Notes under the pieces: generated by a model
Told to the model about the DNA's origin: nothing
Seen by the model: only the letters and a program-made list of their open reading frames with translations
Databases searched by the model: none
Assembly (NCBI GenBank): GCA_963792585.1
Contig: CAWBWI010000003.1
Coordinates: 1,248,001-1,312,000, forward strand
Direction of reading: 5' to 3'
DNA from: Candidatus Eiseniibacteriota bacterium
GTDB taxonomy: Bacteria > Eisenbacteria > RBG-16-71-46 > CAIMUX01 > VGJL01
Length of the DNA stretch: 64,000 nucleotides
Program-made: the position numbers and the translations under genes
Shown: in pieces, positions 1-10,493 of the stretch
Layout: each line of letters begins with the position of its first letter
How positions within the stretch are numbered: the first letter of the stretch is position 1

Positions 1-1281
1 GCGTGACCGAGGAGTGTGCACCTTCTCCCCGGGCTCGGGCTGGATCCCCTCGAGCGTGAGCGCGCGCGGCAGCGTCTCCGCCGAATCCGCGAGGTAGATC
101 GCGTAGACCGCGTCGTCGTCGCGGCGGCGGGTGAAGCAGGTCTTCCCCTCCTTGTAGGGAGCGAGCGGTCGCGTCCCGTAGATCGCTTCGCCGTTGACCG
201 CGAGCCATCGCCCGAGTTCGCGCAGGCGCGCAACGGCGTCGGGATGGAACCGGCCGCGGCCGTCGGCTCCCGCGTTCAGGAGGAGGTTGCCGCCCTTGGC
301 GACGACGTCGACCAGGACGTGGACGAGCTGCCGCGTCGGCTTGTAGCGATCCTCCGCGTAGTACGACCAGGCACCGGCCATCGGCATGCAGGTCTCCCAC
401 GGATACTCCCACGGCTCTTCGGGGACCTTCTGCTCGGGCGTCCGGTAGTTCTCGTACGGGCCGCCGATCCAGCGGTCGACGATCATCAGACCGGGCTGAT
501 GGCGCCGCGCCGTCGCGGCGATCCGATCCATCTGGATGTCCTGGTCGTGGTTGTCGGGAGCGACCCAGGCGCCGTCCAGCCAGAGGATGTCGAGCGGGCC
601 GTACCCTGTGCAGAGTTCCTCGATCTGGGCGTGCGTGAAGTCGCAGAACTTCCGCCAGATCTCGGGATGCGCCTTCGGCCGGTAGTTGACGTTGCGCGTG
701 GCGTGCTGCCAGGAAGGCGACCAGTACGAGGGGACGTGCCAGTCGGGCTTCGAGAAGTAGGCGCCGATCATGAATCCCTCGCGGCGGAAGGCGTCGAAGA
801 GGTGGCGCGTGACATCGGCCTGCGGGTGATCGTGGAAGGGGCAGCCGGGATCGGTGATCTTGTAGTCGGTCTGCTTCGTGTCGAACATGCAGAAGCCGTC
901 GTGGTGCTTGGTCGTGAAGACGAAGTAGCGCATGCCCGCCTCGCGCGCCAGGCGCGCCCAGGCGTCGGGATCGAAGTCCCGGGGATCGAACGTGTTCTTC
1001 AGGCCGACGTAGGTGTCGTAGTACTCCTGATACGAGGGGACGTGCGGGGTCAGCCAGTCGACGTCCTCGGCGCAGAGCCCCCATGACTCGCACCAGCCCT
1101 TCTGGCTGTACGTCCCCCAGTGGACCATGAACCCGAGCTTCTGGTCCTGCCAGCGCTCGAGCTTCGCCCGGACCGCGGGGTTCCCTTCCCAGACATACTC
1201 GACCCCCTCGTACTGCGCGAGCGCCGGCACGGCGGCGAGAGCGGCGAAGATCAGCAGGCAGAGCAGGCGGATGCGCCCCAT
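1..1281 (-). CDS. Alpha-L-fucosidase (GH29), secreted; 3' end runs off the window start
   Basis: Manual minus-strand translation from ATG at 1281: signal peptide MGRIRLLCLLIFAALAAVPALA, then WQDQKLGFMVHWGTYS, FDPDAWARLAREAGMRYFVFTTKHHDGFCMFDT and GAYFSKPDWH, all GH29 hallmarks. Absent from the ORF track because it has no stop in the window. Confidence 0.93.
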   Translation of the reverse strand, partial: MGRIRLLCLLIFAALAAVPALAQYEGVEYVWEGNPAVRAKLERWQDQKLGFMVHWGTYSQKGWCESWGLCAEDVDWLTPHVPSYQEYYDTYVGLKNTFDPRDFDPDAWARLAREAGMRYFVFTTKHHDGFCMFDTKQTDYKITDPGCPFHDHPQADVTRHLFDAFRREGFMIGAYFSKPDWHVPSYWSPSWQHATRNVNYRPKAHPEIWRKFCDFTHAQIEELCTGYGPLDILWLDGAWVAPDNHDQDIQMDRIAATARRHQPGLMIVDRWIGGPYENYRTPEQKVPEEPWEYPWETCMPMAGAWSYYAEDRYKPTRQLVHVLVDVVAKGGNLLLNAGADGRGRFHPDAVARLRELGRWLAVNGEAIYGTRPLAPYKEGKTCFTRRRDDDAVYAIYLADSAETLPRALTLEGIQPEPGEKVHTPRSR

Positions 1282-1559
1282 CACGATCCCCCCTTTTCGG
1301 CGGTGGATGCTACCGGCACCGCTCGTCCGGCACAATGGCGGACACTCCTCGACGATCGCGGTAACGGTCGCGTTCGTTGGACCGCGAGCGCAGGAGACCA
1401 CGCACGGACAGTTCGAGCAATTTCCTGTCCGAGGAACGACTGGGGGGCCATCGAGCCGACGCAGCCCGCGGCCATCCGATCCGAGCCCGTTTCAGAGCAA
1501 GTCTCACTCCAATGAGGCCAGGTCTCCCGGAGAGCGTCTTCTTCTCGCAGGCGGTGATC

Positions 1560-2204
1560 TCACCAGAGCGGCAGCTGCCGCCCGGCATCGAGCCCGTCGC
1601 AGGCGGCTTTCGCGATAACCCGCTCGACAGGGTGAACCGTATGGCCCGCGCAGCCAATCGGCGCGGCGACGTTTCGGGCTTCGCCGAACCCCCGCGCCTC
1701 GGCGCGCAGGCGCTCCAGCTTCGCGCGCAGGGCGGGCGCTTCCCGGCTCCCGGTGTAACCGACCAACGAGAGATCGGCGCCTACCACCCGGTGGCACGGG
1801 ATGATCGGGTACAAGGGATTCGTCGCCATGATATGCCCGACCACGCGTGCCTCGGTACCCGCCGCAGCGGCGATGTCTCCGTACGTCGCTACGAACCCGC
1901 GCGGTATCAGCGAAGCGACGTGCGCCACCGAGGCGAGGGGCTCGCCGACGCAGTCCGGGCACAGTTCGAAGAACGGCGCCTCCTCCTCCCCGCCATCGAG
2001 CCGCGCCAGCAGGCGTACCACGCCGCGCGCATACTCCGAACCCTCCTCGACCATCCGGTACTCACACTTCCGCGGAAGGGAGACCCGCAAGGACGACGCC
2101 GCATTCTCGCGATCCGTGCCCGTCGCGGTGGCGACGAGACGGTTGCCGTGATGCGCGACCCCGAACCACGGCCCGCGCACATGCTCGATCCAGACGGAGA
2201 TCAC
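1560..2204 (-). CDS. ogt: Methylated-DNA-[protein]-cysteine S-methyltransferase (Ogt/MGMT family)
   Basis: IPRGFVATYGDIA...ARVVGHIMATNP and the active-site PCHRVV motif. Confidence 0.88.
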   Translation of the reverse strand: MISVWIEHVRGPWFGVAHHGNRLVATATGTDRENAASSLRVSLPRKCEYRMVEEGSEYARGVVRLLARLDGGEEEAPFFELCPDCVGEPLASVAHVASLIPRGFVATYGDIAAAAGTEARVVGHIMATNPLYPIIPCHRVVGADLSLVGYTGSREAPALRAKLERLRAEARGFGEARNVAAPIGCAGHTVHPVERVIAKAACDGLDAGRQLPLW

Positions 2205-2283
2205 GCCGAATCCTCCCCCGCGGCCCGATCATGCCGGATTTCGGGTTCGACCCCGACGACCGGCCGGTTCGAAGATCGGCACC

Positions 2284-4101
2284 TCACATGCCCACCATCG
2301 GTAAAACGACCGGGCGCGCCGCAAGTATCTTCGCCTGGTCCCGGCCGGCAGGAAGCAAGATGTCGTAGACATTCGGATTGCTGCCGTCGGCGCTGCCGCC
2401 TCCTCCGGTTTGCTCGGAAGCGTGCTCACCCACGGTGAGGAACGAACCGGCCGAGTTCTTGAAATACCTGCCTCGCTCGGCGCAGCCGCCGACGGCGACA
2501 GTGTAACGCCAGCGATCCCTGGACGTCTCCGGCTCGCTGCAGGGGATCGAGAAGCTGATCCGACGATTCGTCGCGTCGCCGAGTCGCTCGCCGACGGGAG
2601 GTCTCTTGAGGCAAGCCGTGATGCGCCCGTCGTGCACCACGGAGACGCCGCAGTCACTAACGTCGATTTCATAGTCGAAACGCCCGGCGATCGTCGCGTT
2701 GGAGCCCCAACGGAAGTTGAAGGGACCCTCCTCTCCCGGCCCCCCGCAGTCGACCGCGATACGCGTGAACGTGCCGTCAAATCCCCAATCGGAGCTATCG
2801 GGCCAATCGACCAGGTCCCGGTAGGTCATCTCGAAATAGAGCCGCCTGTCGTCCGACAAGACCCTGAATCCGGTCAGATCGAACATTCCCGGTTTGTACG
2901 TGGGTGCGAGGGGATAGGTGAAGTGGCCGTCTCCGTTGTCGTCATAGGCAGGATCGTCCATCCGGAGGATCTCGGTAGCTTGCTGATCGATACCGGGAAC
3001 GACCGTGGGCACGTCGAGACTCCGGAGCCAGTCCTTCCACTCGGTTTCCAGTTGTGGGACCTTCTTTCCGTAGATCCTTTCCAGCGCGGCCTCCAGGCTG
3101 TCGGTTCCATCCTCCCTGTATCGGTAAAGAGTCTTGTAGGCGGGGACTCCGTACCGTTCGATCAGGAAGCCGGTGAGGGCGGCGGCTTCGGCGTATGGGT
3201 CGTTCATGTCTTCCGCCGACCAGAATCCACTTTCGTCGAGCAGCGTTGCGAGGGGCATCGCTTCAGAATTCTCGACGAGGGCCTTGGCCCAGGCGAGCTG
3301 CGCGTCACGCGTGACCAGAGTCGCGCCGCCGAAGTAGCAGGCCGCGCCTTCGAAGATAGGAGAGTCCGGTTGACGGCGGCTGGTCTGTCCGATCAGCACA
3401 TGGACCACTTCGTGAAACGACTTCCATCCCAGTGCCGCGACGATCCAATTCTCAATACCGGCGCGGCCGGCGGCCGGACCCGAGGCCATGAGCGCGCCCA
3501 CGGTCTTGATCGAGTCGCACATGAAGTAGTCGATGCGTCGATCCAACCCAATGCCGAGACGCGAAGAGGTCTCGCTGTAGATCTCCTCCAGTTCCTCCGC
3601 TTGATCGTCCGTCAGCCGCGCGCCCTTCGGGTAGTGACAGACAAAGTGCCGGGTCGTCCTTTCCTGCCATCCATCGATCAGGACCTCGACAGGGTTCGCC
3701 AGGAGCGCCTGCGGCGCATGGACGACGTAATAGGTCCGGCCGGGTGGGCCGCTCCACGCAGTTTCTTGCCAGTGCGGAGAGGTGACGTGCAACGCGGTGT
3801 ACTTGCCGCAGTCCTTAACGTCCACGATCTCCAACGAGTCCTGGCGCGCGGCCGCAACCGCTTGATGGAAGTACATGTTGAAGTCAAAGACGGGATATCG
3901 TCGAGCCGACTCCGTCCAGCATGCCCTCGCCTTCTCTTCATCGCCCTCTCTCAGAGCGCTCTGATAGTCCTGCCACACGACGATCGCGCTCTGGGTTCTC
4001 TGGTTCACGGAGGGTGCGGTGTCGTCCTTCGAGGCCTGCGCGGTTGGAATGGGGGAGGACGGCCATACGAGCAGGGCAAAGATGAGGGTCGCGACCTTCA
4101 T
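2284..4101 (-). CDS. Secreted protein: peptidase-MA-like (HExxH) region plus C-terminal glucodextranase-type DOMON-like domain
   Basis: Signal peptide; HEVVH followed by FEGAACY; C-terminal DDPAYDDNGDGHFTYP...GMFDLTGFRV...NPNVYDIL, resembling Glucodextran_C. Confidence 0.6.
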   Translation of the reverse strand: MKVATLIFALLVWPSSPIPTAQASKDDTAPSVNQRTQSAIVVWQDYQSALREGDEEKARACWTESARRYPVFDFNMYFHQAVAAARQDSLEIVDVKDCGKYTALHVTSPHWQETAWSGPPGRTYYVVHAPQALLANPVEVLIDGWQERTTRHFVCHYPKGARLTDDQAEELEEIYSETSSRLGIGLDRRIDYFMCDSIKTVGALMASGPAAGRAGIENWIVAALGWKSFHEVVHVLIGQTSRRQPDSPIFEGAACYFGGATLVTRDAQLAWAKALVENSEAMPLATLLDESGFWSAEDMNDPYAEAAALTGFLIERYGVPAYKTLYRYREDGTDSLEAALERIYGKKVPQLETEWKDWLRSLDVPTVVPGIDQQATEILRMDDPAYDDNGDGHFTYPLAPTYKPGMFDLTGFRVLSDDRRLYFEMTYRDLVDWPDSSDWGFDGTFTRIAVDCGGPGEEGPFNFRWGSNATIAGRFDYEIDVSDCGVSVVHDGRITACLKRPPVGERLGDATNRRISFSIPCSEPETSRDRWRYTVAVGGCAERGRYFKNSAGSFLTVGEHASEQTGGGGSADGSNPNVYDILLPAGRDQAKILAARPVVLPMVGM

Positions 4102-4344
4102 GTGACTTGTCTCCTGTCAGGTCGGATCTCGGCAGGGGACCGCTTGCCGTGGCCCCGTGCGACCGTGGGAGGTTCCGGCGGGTAAGTATAGACGACCTGG
4201 GTGTCCCATGCAGCCGAGCCTCCGGCCAATCGCGGGGTGAAAGCCGTTGCCGGCGCACCGGATCCGGAGACCCACCGTGCCGCGTTCGCCGGGCGACTCG
4301 GTCGACGGGACTCCGGACCGGCGGCGCCAAGATCGCCCGCGACA

Positions 4345-5775
4345 TCAGTCTGCCGGCGCGATGTTCGGATTCCGCCGGAAGAAGTTGTCCGGATCGTATT
4401 TCGCTTTGATTCTGCGCAGCCGATCCATGTTCCCGCCGTATGCCTTTGTGGTCAGCGCGGTCGCCGCTTCGTCCGCCTGCCCGGTGAAGTTCGTGTAGGT
4501 CGTCCCGGTGGAGAACGGGGCGATCTGATTGAAGCTCTCGCGGACCCAGGCGACGTTCGCCGCGTTCTCGGACGGATTCTCCCAGTTGCCGTCGATCGAC
4601 GACAGCCACTGCGCCGAACGCTCGGCGAAAGCCGTGTCGGCCGCGGCGACCTTGTTGATGGCGCCACCCATGAGGAACGTCACGACGAGCGTGAGCGGCG
4701 ACGGCCGCTGGTTCGCGCGCGCCGCGATGATCCGAATGACGTCGTCGGGCAGATCGGCCAAGTACTGGGCCTTCCAGTAACTCTGGTACTTTCCCATTGG
4801 GAAGAAGGGATCGAACGCCGCCTGGACCGCCGAGAACGGCATCGGCTGCGAGATGTCGGCCAGGGGGGAGCCCAGCTCGCGCAGAGGATTCAAGACCTTC
4901 ATACCCTCCTCCGGGGATCCCGCGTAGACGCCACCGACGACAAGGCAGGCTTGGTTGTGGATCGGCTCCGGCAAACCCGGAGCGGCCGGCATCGTGATCG
5001 CCAGCGCCAGCGACGACACCTCGTCGGGCGCGTTCTTGCAGTAGTCACGCCAGCGGGGGAGGATCGTGGCGGCATCGGCGGCTCGGTAGAAGATGCCGGC
5101 GAACGCCACGATCGGGCCCAGTGGGCGGGTCTGGAACTCGAACGACGTGACGACTCCGAAGTTGCCACCGCCGCCGCGGAGCGCCCAGAACAAGTCGGGC
5201 TCAGAAGTGGCCGATGCCGTCTTCACCGTACCGTCCGCGCAGACGACACGTGCCGACAAGAGGCTATCGATCGTCAGGCCGAACTTGCGTCGGACCCATC
5301 CCTCGCCGCCGCCCAGGGTCAGCCCGCCGATGCCTGTTTCCGAGATGATCCCGCCCGGCACAATCCGGCCGAACGGCTGCGTCTCCCGATCGACGTCGCC
5401 CCAGAGAGCGCCACCCTGAGCGCGCGCGATGCCCGTCGCGGGATCGAAATCCACCGCGCGCATCCGCGTGAGATCGATGACGAGTCCGCCGTCGCAACTC
5501 GAAAGTCCGGCCACCGAATGTCCTCCGCCCCGGATGGCCACCAGAAGACGGTGCTGGCGGGCGAACTTCACGGTATCGACCACGTCCGCCGTACCCGAGC
5601 AACGTACGATCAACGCGGGCCGGTAGTCGTGCATGGCGTTGTAGATCGGCTTATCGGAGTACCCGGGGTCCCCGGGCATCTGCGCGTCTCCCCGGATGGT
5701 CGTCCGGAATTGTTCCAGCGCCGCGTCATCGACGTTCGTGCGCCCCCCGTCCAATGACATGATGGATATCGACAT
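4345..5775 (-). CDS. FAD-binding oxidoreductase, berberine-bridge-enzyme-like
   Basis: RPALIVRC, RGGGHS (covalent FAD His), GLTLGGG, DLFWALRGGGGNFGVVT and C-terminal YTNF...YGGNMDRLRRIKAKYDPDNFF. Start moved to MSISIMS (5775). Confidence 0.92.
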   Translation of the reverse strand: MSISIMSLDGGRTNVDDAALEQFRTTIRGDAQMPGDPGYSDKPIYNAMHDYRPALIVRCSGTADVVDTVKFARQHRLLVAIRGGGHSVAGLSSCDGGLVIDLTRMRAVDFDPATGIARAQGGALWGDVDRETQPFGRIVPGGIISETGIGGLTLGGGEGWVRRKFGLTIDSLLSARVVCADGTVKTASATSEPDLFWALRGGGGNFGVVTSFEFQTRPLGPIVAFAGIFYRAADAATILPRWRDYCKNAPDEVSSLALAITMPAAPGLPEPIHNQACLVVGGVYAGSPEEGMKVLNPLRELGSPLADISQPMPFSAVQAAFDPFFPMGKYQSYWKAQYLADLPDDVIRIIAARANQRPSPLTLVVTFLMGGAINKVAAADTAFAERSAQWLSSIDGNWENPSENAANVAWVRESFNQIAPFSTGTTYTNFTGQADEAATALTTKAYGGNMDRLRRIKAKYDPDNFFRRNPNIAPAD

Positions 5776-6124
5776 GAATCCCCCTGGAGGCTTCCCACCT
5801 CGCGTCTGAAGTGCACTTCCCAACGCGCGGCCCTCGATCCAACAGAACGAAAGATGATACACGAGACGTCTCGAGTTTCGGAAGGTGAGTTCGGTGGTTC
5901 GTGACCCTCGCCTACCCGCACGACCACAAATCCCTGCCTCAGTGCCCGGTTGGGAGTCAACGCGGAGGCCGGCGGGCGTCCCCCGGTTCGTTTCTCGTCC
6001 TCGGTGCTCGGAAACGGTTCCTCCCGAGGGCAGGCCGCGCACGGGGGCGCCGCAACCGCCACGCTCTCCGGGCTCTCCGGACGCCGGCTTGCACGCACAA
6101 CCGTCCCAGGCTAGTTTTGCGTCG

Positions 6125-7354
6125 ATGGCACAGGGAAAGAGTCAGGGGACTCCGTCGTCGTCAAGGGGCCCCCTCCTGATTACGGAGCGATACCTACCCC
6201 ATCAAGGCGGCTCGCGCCGCTACTACCACGAGCTCGCGCGACGGCTTCCCGGCTGCACCGTGCTGACGGGGCATGAGCCCGGTGAGCGGGAGTTCGACCG
6301 TGATGCCGGGGTGAGAATCGTGCGCCGGCCGGGTATTCGTGGGGATACCTCGCGGAAGGGATTCCGGACGAAGTCCGCATTGGTCAATGTCCTCATCCTG
6401 GTGGTTCCCAAGTGGCTTGCGATCCTGGCGTGGACGTCCATCGAGATTGCCCGGCAGAGACCCCGCCTGATTCACGCGGGGGGCCACTTCTATCCGGGTG
6501 GATCGGTGAGGGTCATTCGTTCCTTGCTCGGGATTCCATACGTCGTCTACGTGCACGGAGAAGACATCTCGGCCGACATGAACTCGCGACACTTCGCGAA
6601 GTACATGAGGTGGGTGTTCCGGGGGGCGTTGCGCGTCGTTGCCAACTCGGAGACTACCGCAGCAATGGTCGAGAGAAACGGCGTCGAGCGCGCCCGAATC
6701 GTCGTAGCCCGACCGGGGATCGATCCTGCCCGGATCGGCGCCGTCACGGGGGACCGGGATCGGCAGGATGCCCGGGCACGCCTCGCGGTGGGCCCGGGTC
6801 CAATCCTCCTGTCGGTGGGACGCCTCGCGCGTCACAAGGGGTTCGAGACGGTCGTTCGATCCCTGCCGATCCTGGAAAAGGCCTGGCCCAAGATCGCCTA
6901 CCTCGTCGTGGGGGAGGGAGACGAGAAGGACCGGTTGGCGGGAATCGCAGCCGACCTGGGGGTTCGAGAGCGCGTAACATTCCTCGGCGTACTGGACGAT
7001 CGCGGTCTCCGCGACGCATTCGCGTCGGCCGATCTCTTCACGCAGCCGAATGGGGAGTTTCGTGGTGTGAGCGAGGGATACGGCATGGTCTACCTGGAGG
7101 CGGGCGCCGCGGGTCTGGCCGTGATCGGCGGGCGAAGCGGCGGGGTCGTCGAAGCCGTCGTCGATGGCGTGACCGGTCTTCTGGCGACCCCCTGGGACGT
7201 CGACGATTTCGCATCCCTCGTCACGCGACTGCTGGAGGATGACGACCTCCGGCACGGGATGGGTGAGGCGGGACGGCAGCTCGCCCAGGAGAGGACCTGG
7301 GACAGAACGCTCGCGCCGGCCCTTCAGATCGAGGCGGAGTTGCGCCAGAGATGA
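6125..7354 (+). CDS. Glycosyltransferase family 4 (GT-B fold)
   Basis: LLITERYLPHQGG, LSVGRLARHKG, EGYGMVYLEAGAAGLAVIGGRSGGVVEAV. Start placed at ATG 6125. Confidence 0.92.
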   Translation: MAQGKSQGTPSSSRGPLLITERYLPHQGGSRRYYHELARRLPGCTVLTGHEPGEREFDRDAGVRIVRRPGIRGDTSRKGFRTKSALVNVLILVVPKWLAILAWTSIEIARQRPRLIHAGGHFYPGGSVRVIRSLLGIPYVVYVHGEDISADMNSRHFAKYMRWVFRGALRVVANSETTAAMVERNGVERARIVVARPGIDPARIGAVTGDRDRQDARARLAVGPGPILLSVGRLARHKGFETVVRSLPILEKAWPKIAYLVVGEGDEKDRLAGIAADLGVRERVTFLGVLDDRGLRDAFASADLFTQPNGEFRGVSEGYGMVYLEAGAAGLAVIGGRSGGVVEAVVDGVTGLLATPWDVDDFASLVTRLLEDDDLRHGMGEAGRQLAQERTWDRTLAPALQIEAELRQR

Positions 7355-7364
7355 GTCGTCATCC

Positions 7365-8396
7365 ATGTTCGACGGAGGTCAAATCGAAAGGCTGGCAGTC
7401 ATGACGAGCACCCATGACAGATTCCTGGGCGACGCAGGATTCGTTCGTGTCCTGTCCGATCTCTCGCTCAAATCCCTCGACGTCGGCGCACGCGGAGGGT
7501 TCCTTGCGGACCTCCTTCCCCTCGCGCGCAGCATCGACGCGATCGGTTTCGAGCCGGACGTCGAGGAGTGCGACAGGCTGAACGCTGCGGTGAGCAGCCA
7601 GGGATCCCCGTGGAGGAGCCTCGTCTTTCTGCCGATCGCCCTGGGAAGAGCCGAGGAGTCGCGAACGCTCCATCTTTACCGGGAGCGAGGATGCTCGTCT
7701 TTGCTCGAGGCGGATCTCGATCTGGCCCGGCAGTACACGCGCGAGGACTACTTCATCCTCGACGGGACAGTGCCGGTACGGACCGTCCCCCTCGACACCG
7801 CGGCGGCGCACCACGGCTTCCAGGACGCGGTGTTCATGAAGATCGACATCCAGGGCGCGGAGCACGAGGTGTTCGCTTCGGGGAGCCGGCTTCTCTCCGA
7901 GAGCCTGTTGGCGCTTCGCGTCGAAGTCGAATTCGAGAAGCAATACCGCTTCCAGGCGTTATTCTCGGATATCGACGCCCTCCTGCGTTCGCACGGCATG
8001 GTGCCGATGGATTTCATAAGCCTCTCGGAATGGCGCCGGAGCACGAAGGTCAAGTATCCCGAACTGAAGGCCGGTCCGATTCCGTACTCCCGCGGGCAGC
8101 TCATCCACGGGGACGTCCTCTACTTCAAGGACCCGGCGCGCATCGATGGCGCCTCGGAAAGCGCGGTGCTCACACAGATCAAAGCCGCGTTCCTGGCGCT
8201 CGTCTACGCCCAGGTCGACCATGCCGCCTTCCTTCTTGTAAAAGACCCGGTCCGTAAGTACCTCGAGGCCCGTCATGCGATCGACGTCATGAAGTCATTG
8301 GACAACGTGTCGCGTCACCTCGGCCGAGCGAATCGTAGCGAACGTCTGTGGAACGCCCTGCGGGAGATCAAGGCCCTGATCGGGATTCGCCTGTAG
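7365..8396 (+). CDS. FkbM-family SAM-dependent methyltransferase
   Basis: LDVGARGG, IGFEPD, FMKIDIQGAEHEV, VEVEF...Y..QALF. Confidence 0.88.
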   Translation: MFDGGQIERLAVMTSTHDRFLGDAGFVRVLSDLSLKSLDVGARGGFLADLLPLARSIDAIGFEPDVEECDRLNAAVSSQGSPWRSLVFLPIALGRAEESRTLHLYRERGCSSLLEADLDLARQYTREDYFILDGTVPVRTVPLDTAAAHHGFQDAVFMKIDIQGAEHEVFASGSRLLSESLLALRVEVEFEKQYRFQALFSDIDALLRSHGMVPMDFISLSEWRRSTKVKYPELKAGPIPYSRGQLIHGDVLYFKDPARIDGASESAVLTQIKAAFLALVYAQVDHAAFLLVKDPVRKYLEARHAIDVMKSLDNVSRHLGRANRSERLWNALREIKALIGIRL

Positions 8397-8548
8397 CGGG
8401 CCGATCCCAGTATACGTCGGCCGAAAGCACGCTTCCGAGAGTCACGCTGTCCCGGCCCCGACGCCCCACAGGGGAAGGCGCCCCTCCATGACGAGTTCTC
8501 ATCCTGGAATGGGCGCCTTATCGTGGGTCCGAATCCGGAAGATAGGCT

Positions 8549-10411
8549 CTAACCAGCCTTGCGCCACCCCGCCTCGTCCTCGGATGGATCGGACGACCTC
8601 CAAGCCGGTTCGGCATGGGCATTGCCGGCCTTGGTGGTTCGGAAGGTGGAAACCAACCGGTTCATCTCCTGCGCGCTGCTCGACAGCTCTTCGGAAGCGC
8701 TGACCGATTCTTCGGCGCTGGCCGCCGCCTGTTGCGTCACCTGGTTGAGGGATTCCATCGCGCCGTTCACCTGCTCGATGCCGAGGCATTGCTGCTCCGA
8801 CGCGGCGGTGATGTCCGCGATACCCTCGCTGACCTTCTGGACGATCCCGTTGATCTCCTGGAGATTCGCAAGGACCTCGCGATTGTAGACGACTCCCTCC
8901 TCGGCGCGCTTGACCGATTCCTCGATCAGGTCCGAAGTGTTCCGGGCGGCTTGGGCGCTCCGGGTTGCCAGGTTGCGCACTTCCTCGGCGACCACGGCGA
9001 AGCCCTTTCCGGCGTCGCCGGCACGGGCGGCCTCGACCGCCGCATTGAGGGCGAGCAGATTCGTCTGGAAGGCGATCTCGTCGATCGTTCGCACGATGCG
9101 GGCGGTCTTGTCGGAGGCCCCCTTGATCTGCTCCATCGCTTCGGAGAGCCTGCCCATGCTCTCCATCCCGTGGGCCGCGCCCTGTCGGGCGGCGTCGGCA
9201 AGAGCCCTGGCCTCGCGGGCGTGAGACGTGTTCTGATTCGACATCGATGAGACTTCCTGCAGACTGCTGGAGATCTCCTCGAGCGAGGCCGCCTGTCTCT
9301 GAGCGCCGACCGCCAAGTCCCGGCTGCCGCCGGCGATGTGCTCGCTCGCGGCCTGGACCCTCTGAGCCGAGCCCGCAACCTGGGTCAGCGCGTCGTCCAG
9401 ACTCCGGATCATGCCGTTGATGTCCGCCTTCAGTTCGGCCAGCTGCCCCTGGTAATCGCCATCGACCTGTCGGGTGAGGTCCTTGGCTGCCGCAGCCTTG
9501 AGGACGACGGCCGCTTCCGTAAGGGGAGAGACAATGGCCTCCAGCGCTTCGTTGAACCCCTCGACCACGCGCCGGAATTCGCCTTCGGCGCGTTCACACT
9601 TCGTCCGCTGAGTGAGCTCCCCGCGCTTGAGGTGCTCCACCGTCCGGTTGATCTCCCGAACGACCTCGGTGGAGGATTCGATGGTCGCAGCGGCGGCCTG
9701 CCGATCCAGACGGAGCTTGGCAATCATGTCCGAGATCGACCTCGCCAGGTCTCCCAGCTCGTCCTCACGCTGCGTATTGACTTCCTGATCGAGATCGCCG
9801 CCGGCGACCTTTTGGGAAGCGTCCCGGAGCGAGGCGACCGCTCTCACCATCTTCCGCAGGACGAGAACGATCAAGCCGATGCACAGCGTCGCAAGCACGA
9901 TATTCACCAGCACGGCCAGGAGGATCATCGCCCGAATCTCGTGGTTCATCGCGTCCAGAGAGTAGACGATGACGATCTTCCCGAGGCTTTGGTCCTTGTA
10001 GGAGATGTCACGCGTGACCGTCACTTCGCCGTCGGCCTTCCGCCAGTCGACCTTCCCCTTCTGAACGTCCTGTCCGACCTGGAGACTGCGGGGGTTGTAT
10101 TCCGAGAGCAACTCGCTGTCGGCATCCAACGCCGCCAAGTAGACCACCGAGCTGTCCTCCTTGGCCCAGTTCATCGCCGCCTGTACGAGCTCCAGGTTTC
10201 CCTCGCTCAGTCCCGCGCCGATCGAGAAGGACAGCATGTCGGCGAGCAGGCCGACGGTCGCATTCGCGCGATCGAATCCCTGCTTCTGCTGCTGCAGCGG
10301 ATAGTAAATCGAGGAAAACGCAACCAGTACCAGGAGGACGGCCACAAACCCCGTAGTGAGCTTGAGGCTGATCGAACGGTTTAGCCTGCTACGAAAATTG
10401 CTCAGCATCAT
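8549..10411 (-). CDS. Methyl-accepting chemotaxis protein (two TMs, small periplasmic sensor, HAMPs)
   Basis: [40 protein letters not shown] signalling hairpin; two hydrophobic segments; HAMP motif REDELGDLA. Confidence 0.96.
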   Translation of the reverse strand: MMLSNFRSRLNRSISLKLTTGFVAVLLVLVAFSSIYYPLQQQKQGFDRANATVGLLADMLSFSIGAGLSEGNLELVQAAMNWAKEDSSVVYLAALDADSELLSEYNPRSLQVGQDVQKGKVDWRKADGEVTVTRDISYKDQSLGKIVIVYSLDAMNHEIRAMILLAVLVNIVLATLCIGLIVLVLRKMVRAVASLRDASQKVAGGDLDQEVNTQREDELGDLARSISDMIAKLRLDRQAAAATIESSTEVVREINRTVEHLKRGELTQRTKCERAEGEFRRVVEGFNEALEAIVSPLTEAAVVLKAAAAKDLTRQVDGDYQGQLAELKADINGMIRSLDDALTQVAGSAQRVQAASEHIAGGSRDLAVGAQRQAASLEEISSSLQEVSSMSNQNTSHAREARALADAARQGAAHGMESMGRLSEAMEQIKGASDKTARIVRTIDEIAFQTNLLALNAAVEAARAGDAGKGFAVVAEEVRNLATRSAQAARNTSDLIEESVKRAEEGVVYNREVLANLQEINGIVQKVSEGIADITAASEQQCLGIEQVNGAMESLNQVTQQAAASAEESVSASEELSSSAQEMNRLVSTFRTTKAGNAHAEPAWRSSDPSEDEAGWRKAG

Positions 10412-10438
10412 GTTTCTCCCTGCGCTGCTCGCGTTCGG

Positions 10439-10468
10439 GGGACCTGATTCCCCGGGGAATCAGGTCCC
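10439..10468. repeat. Perfect 30-bp palindrome GGGACCTGATTCCCC|GGGGAATCAGGTCCC
   Basis: The two 15-nt arms are exact reverse complements with no loop. It lies between the PBP-like gene and the MCP gene. Confidence 0.9.
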
Positions 10469-10493
10469 AGAATGCATAGTCCGGATCGCCGGG

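Noticed and set aside
16..1086. 356-aa plus-strand ORF
   Set aside because: Antisense shadow of the GH29 fucosidase on the minus strand; no recognisable motifs.
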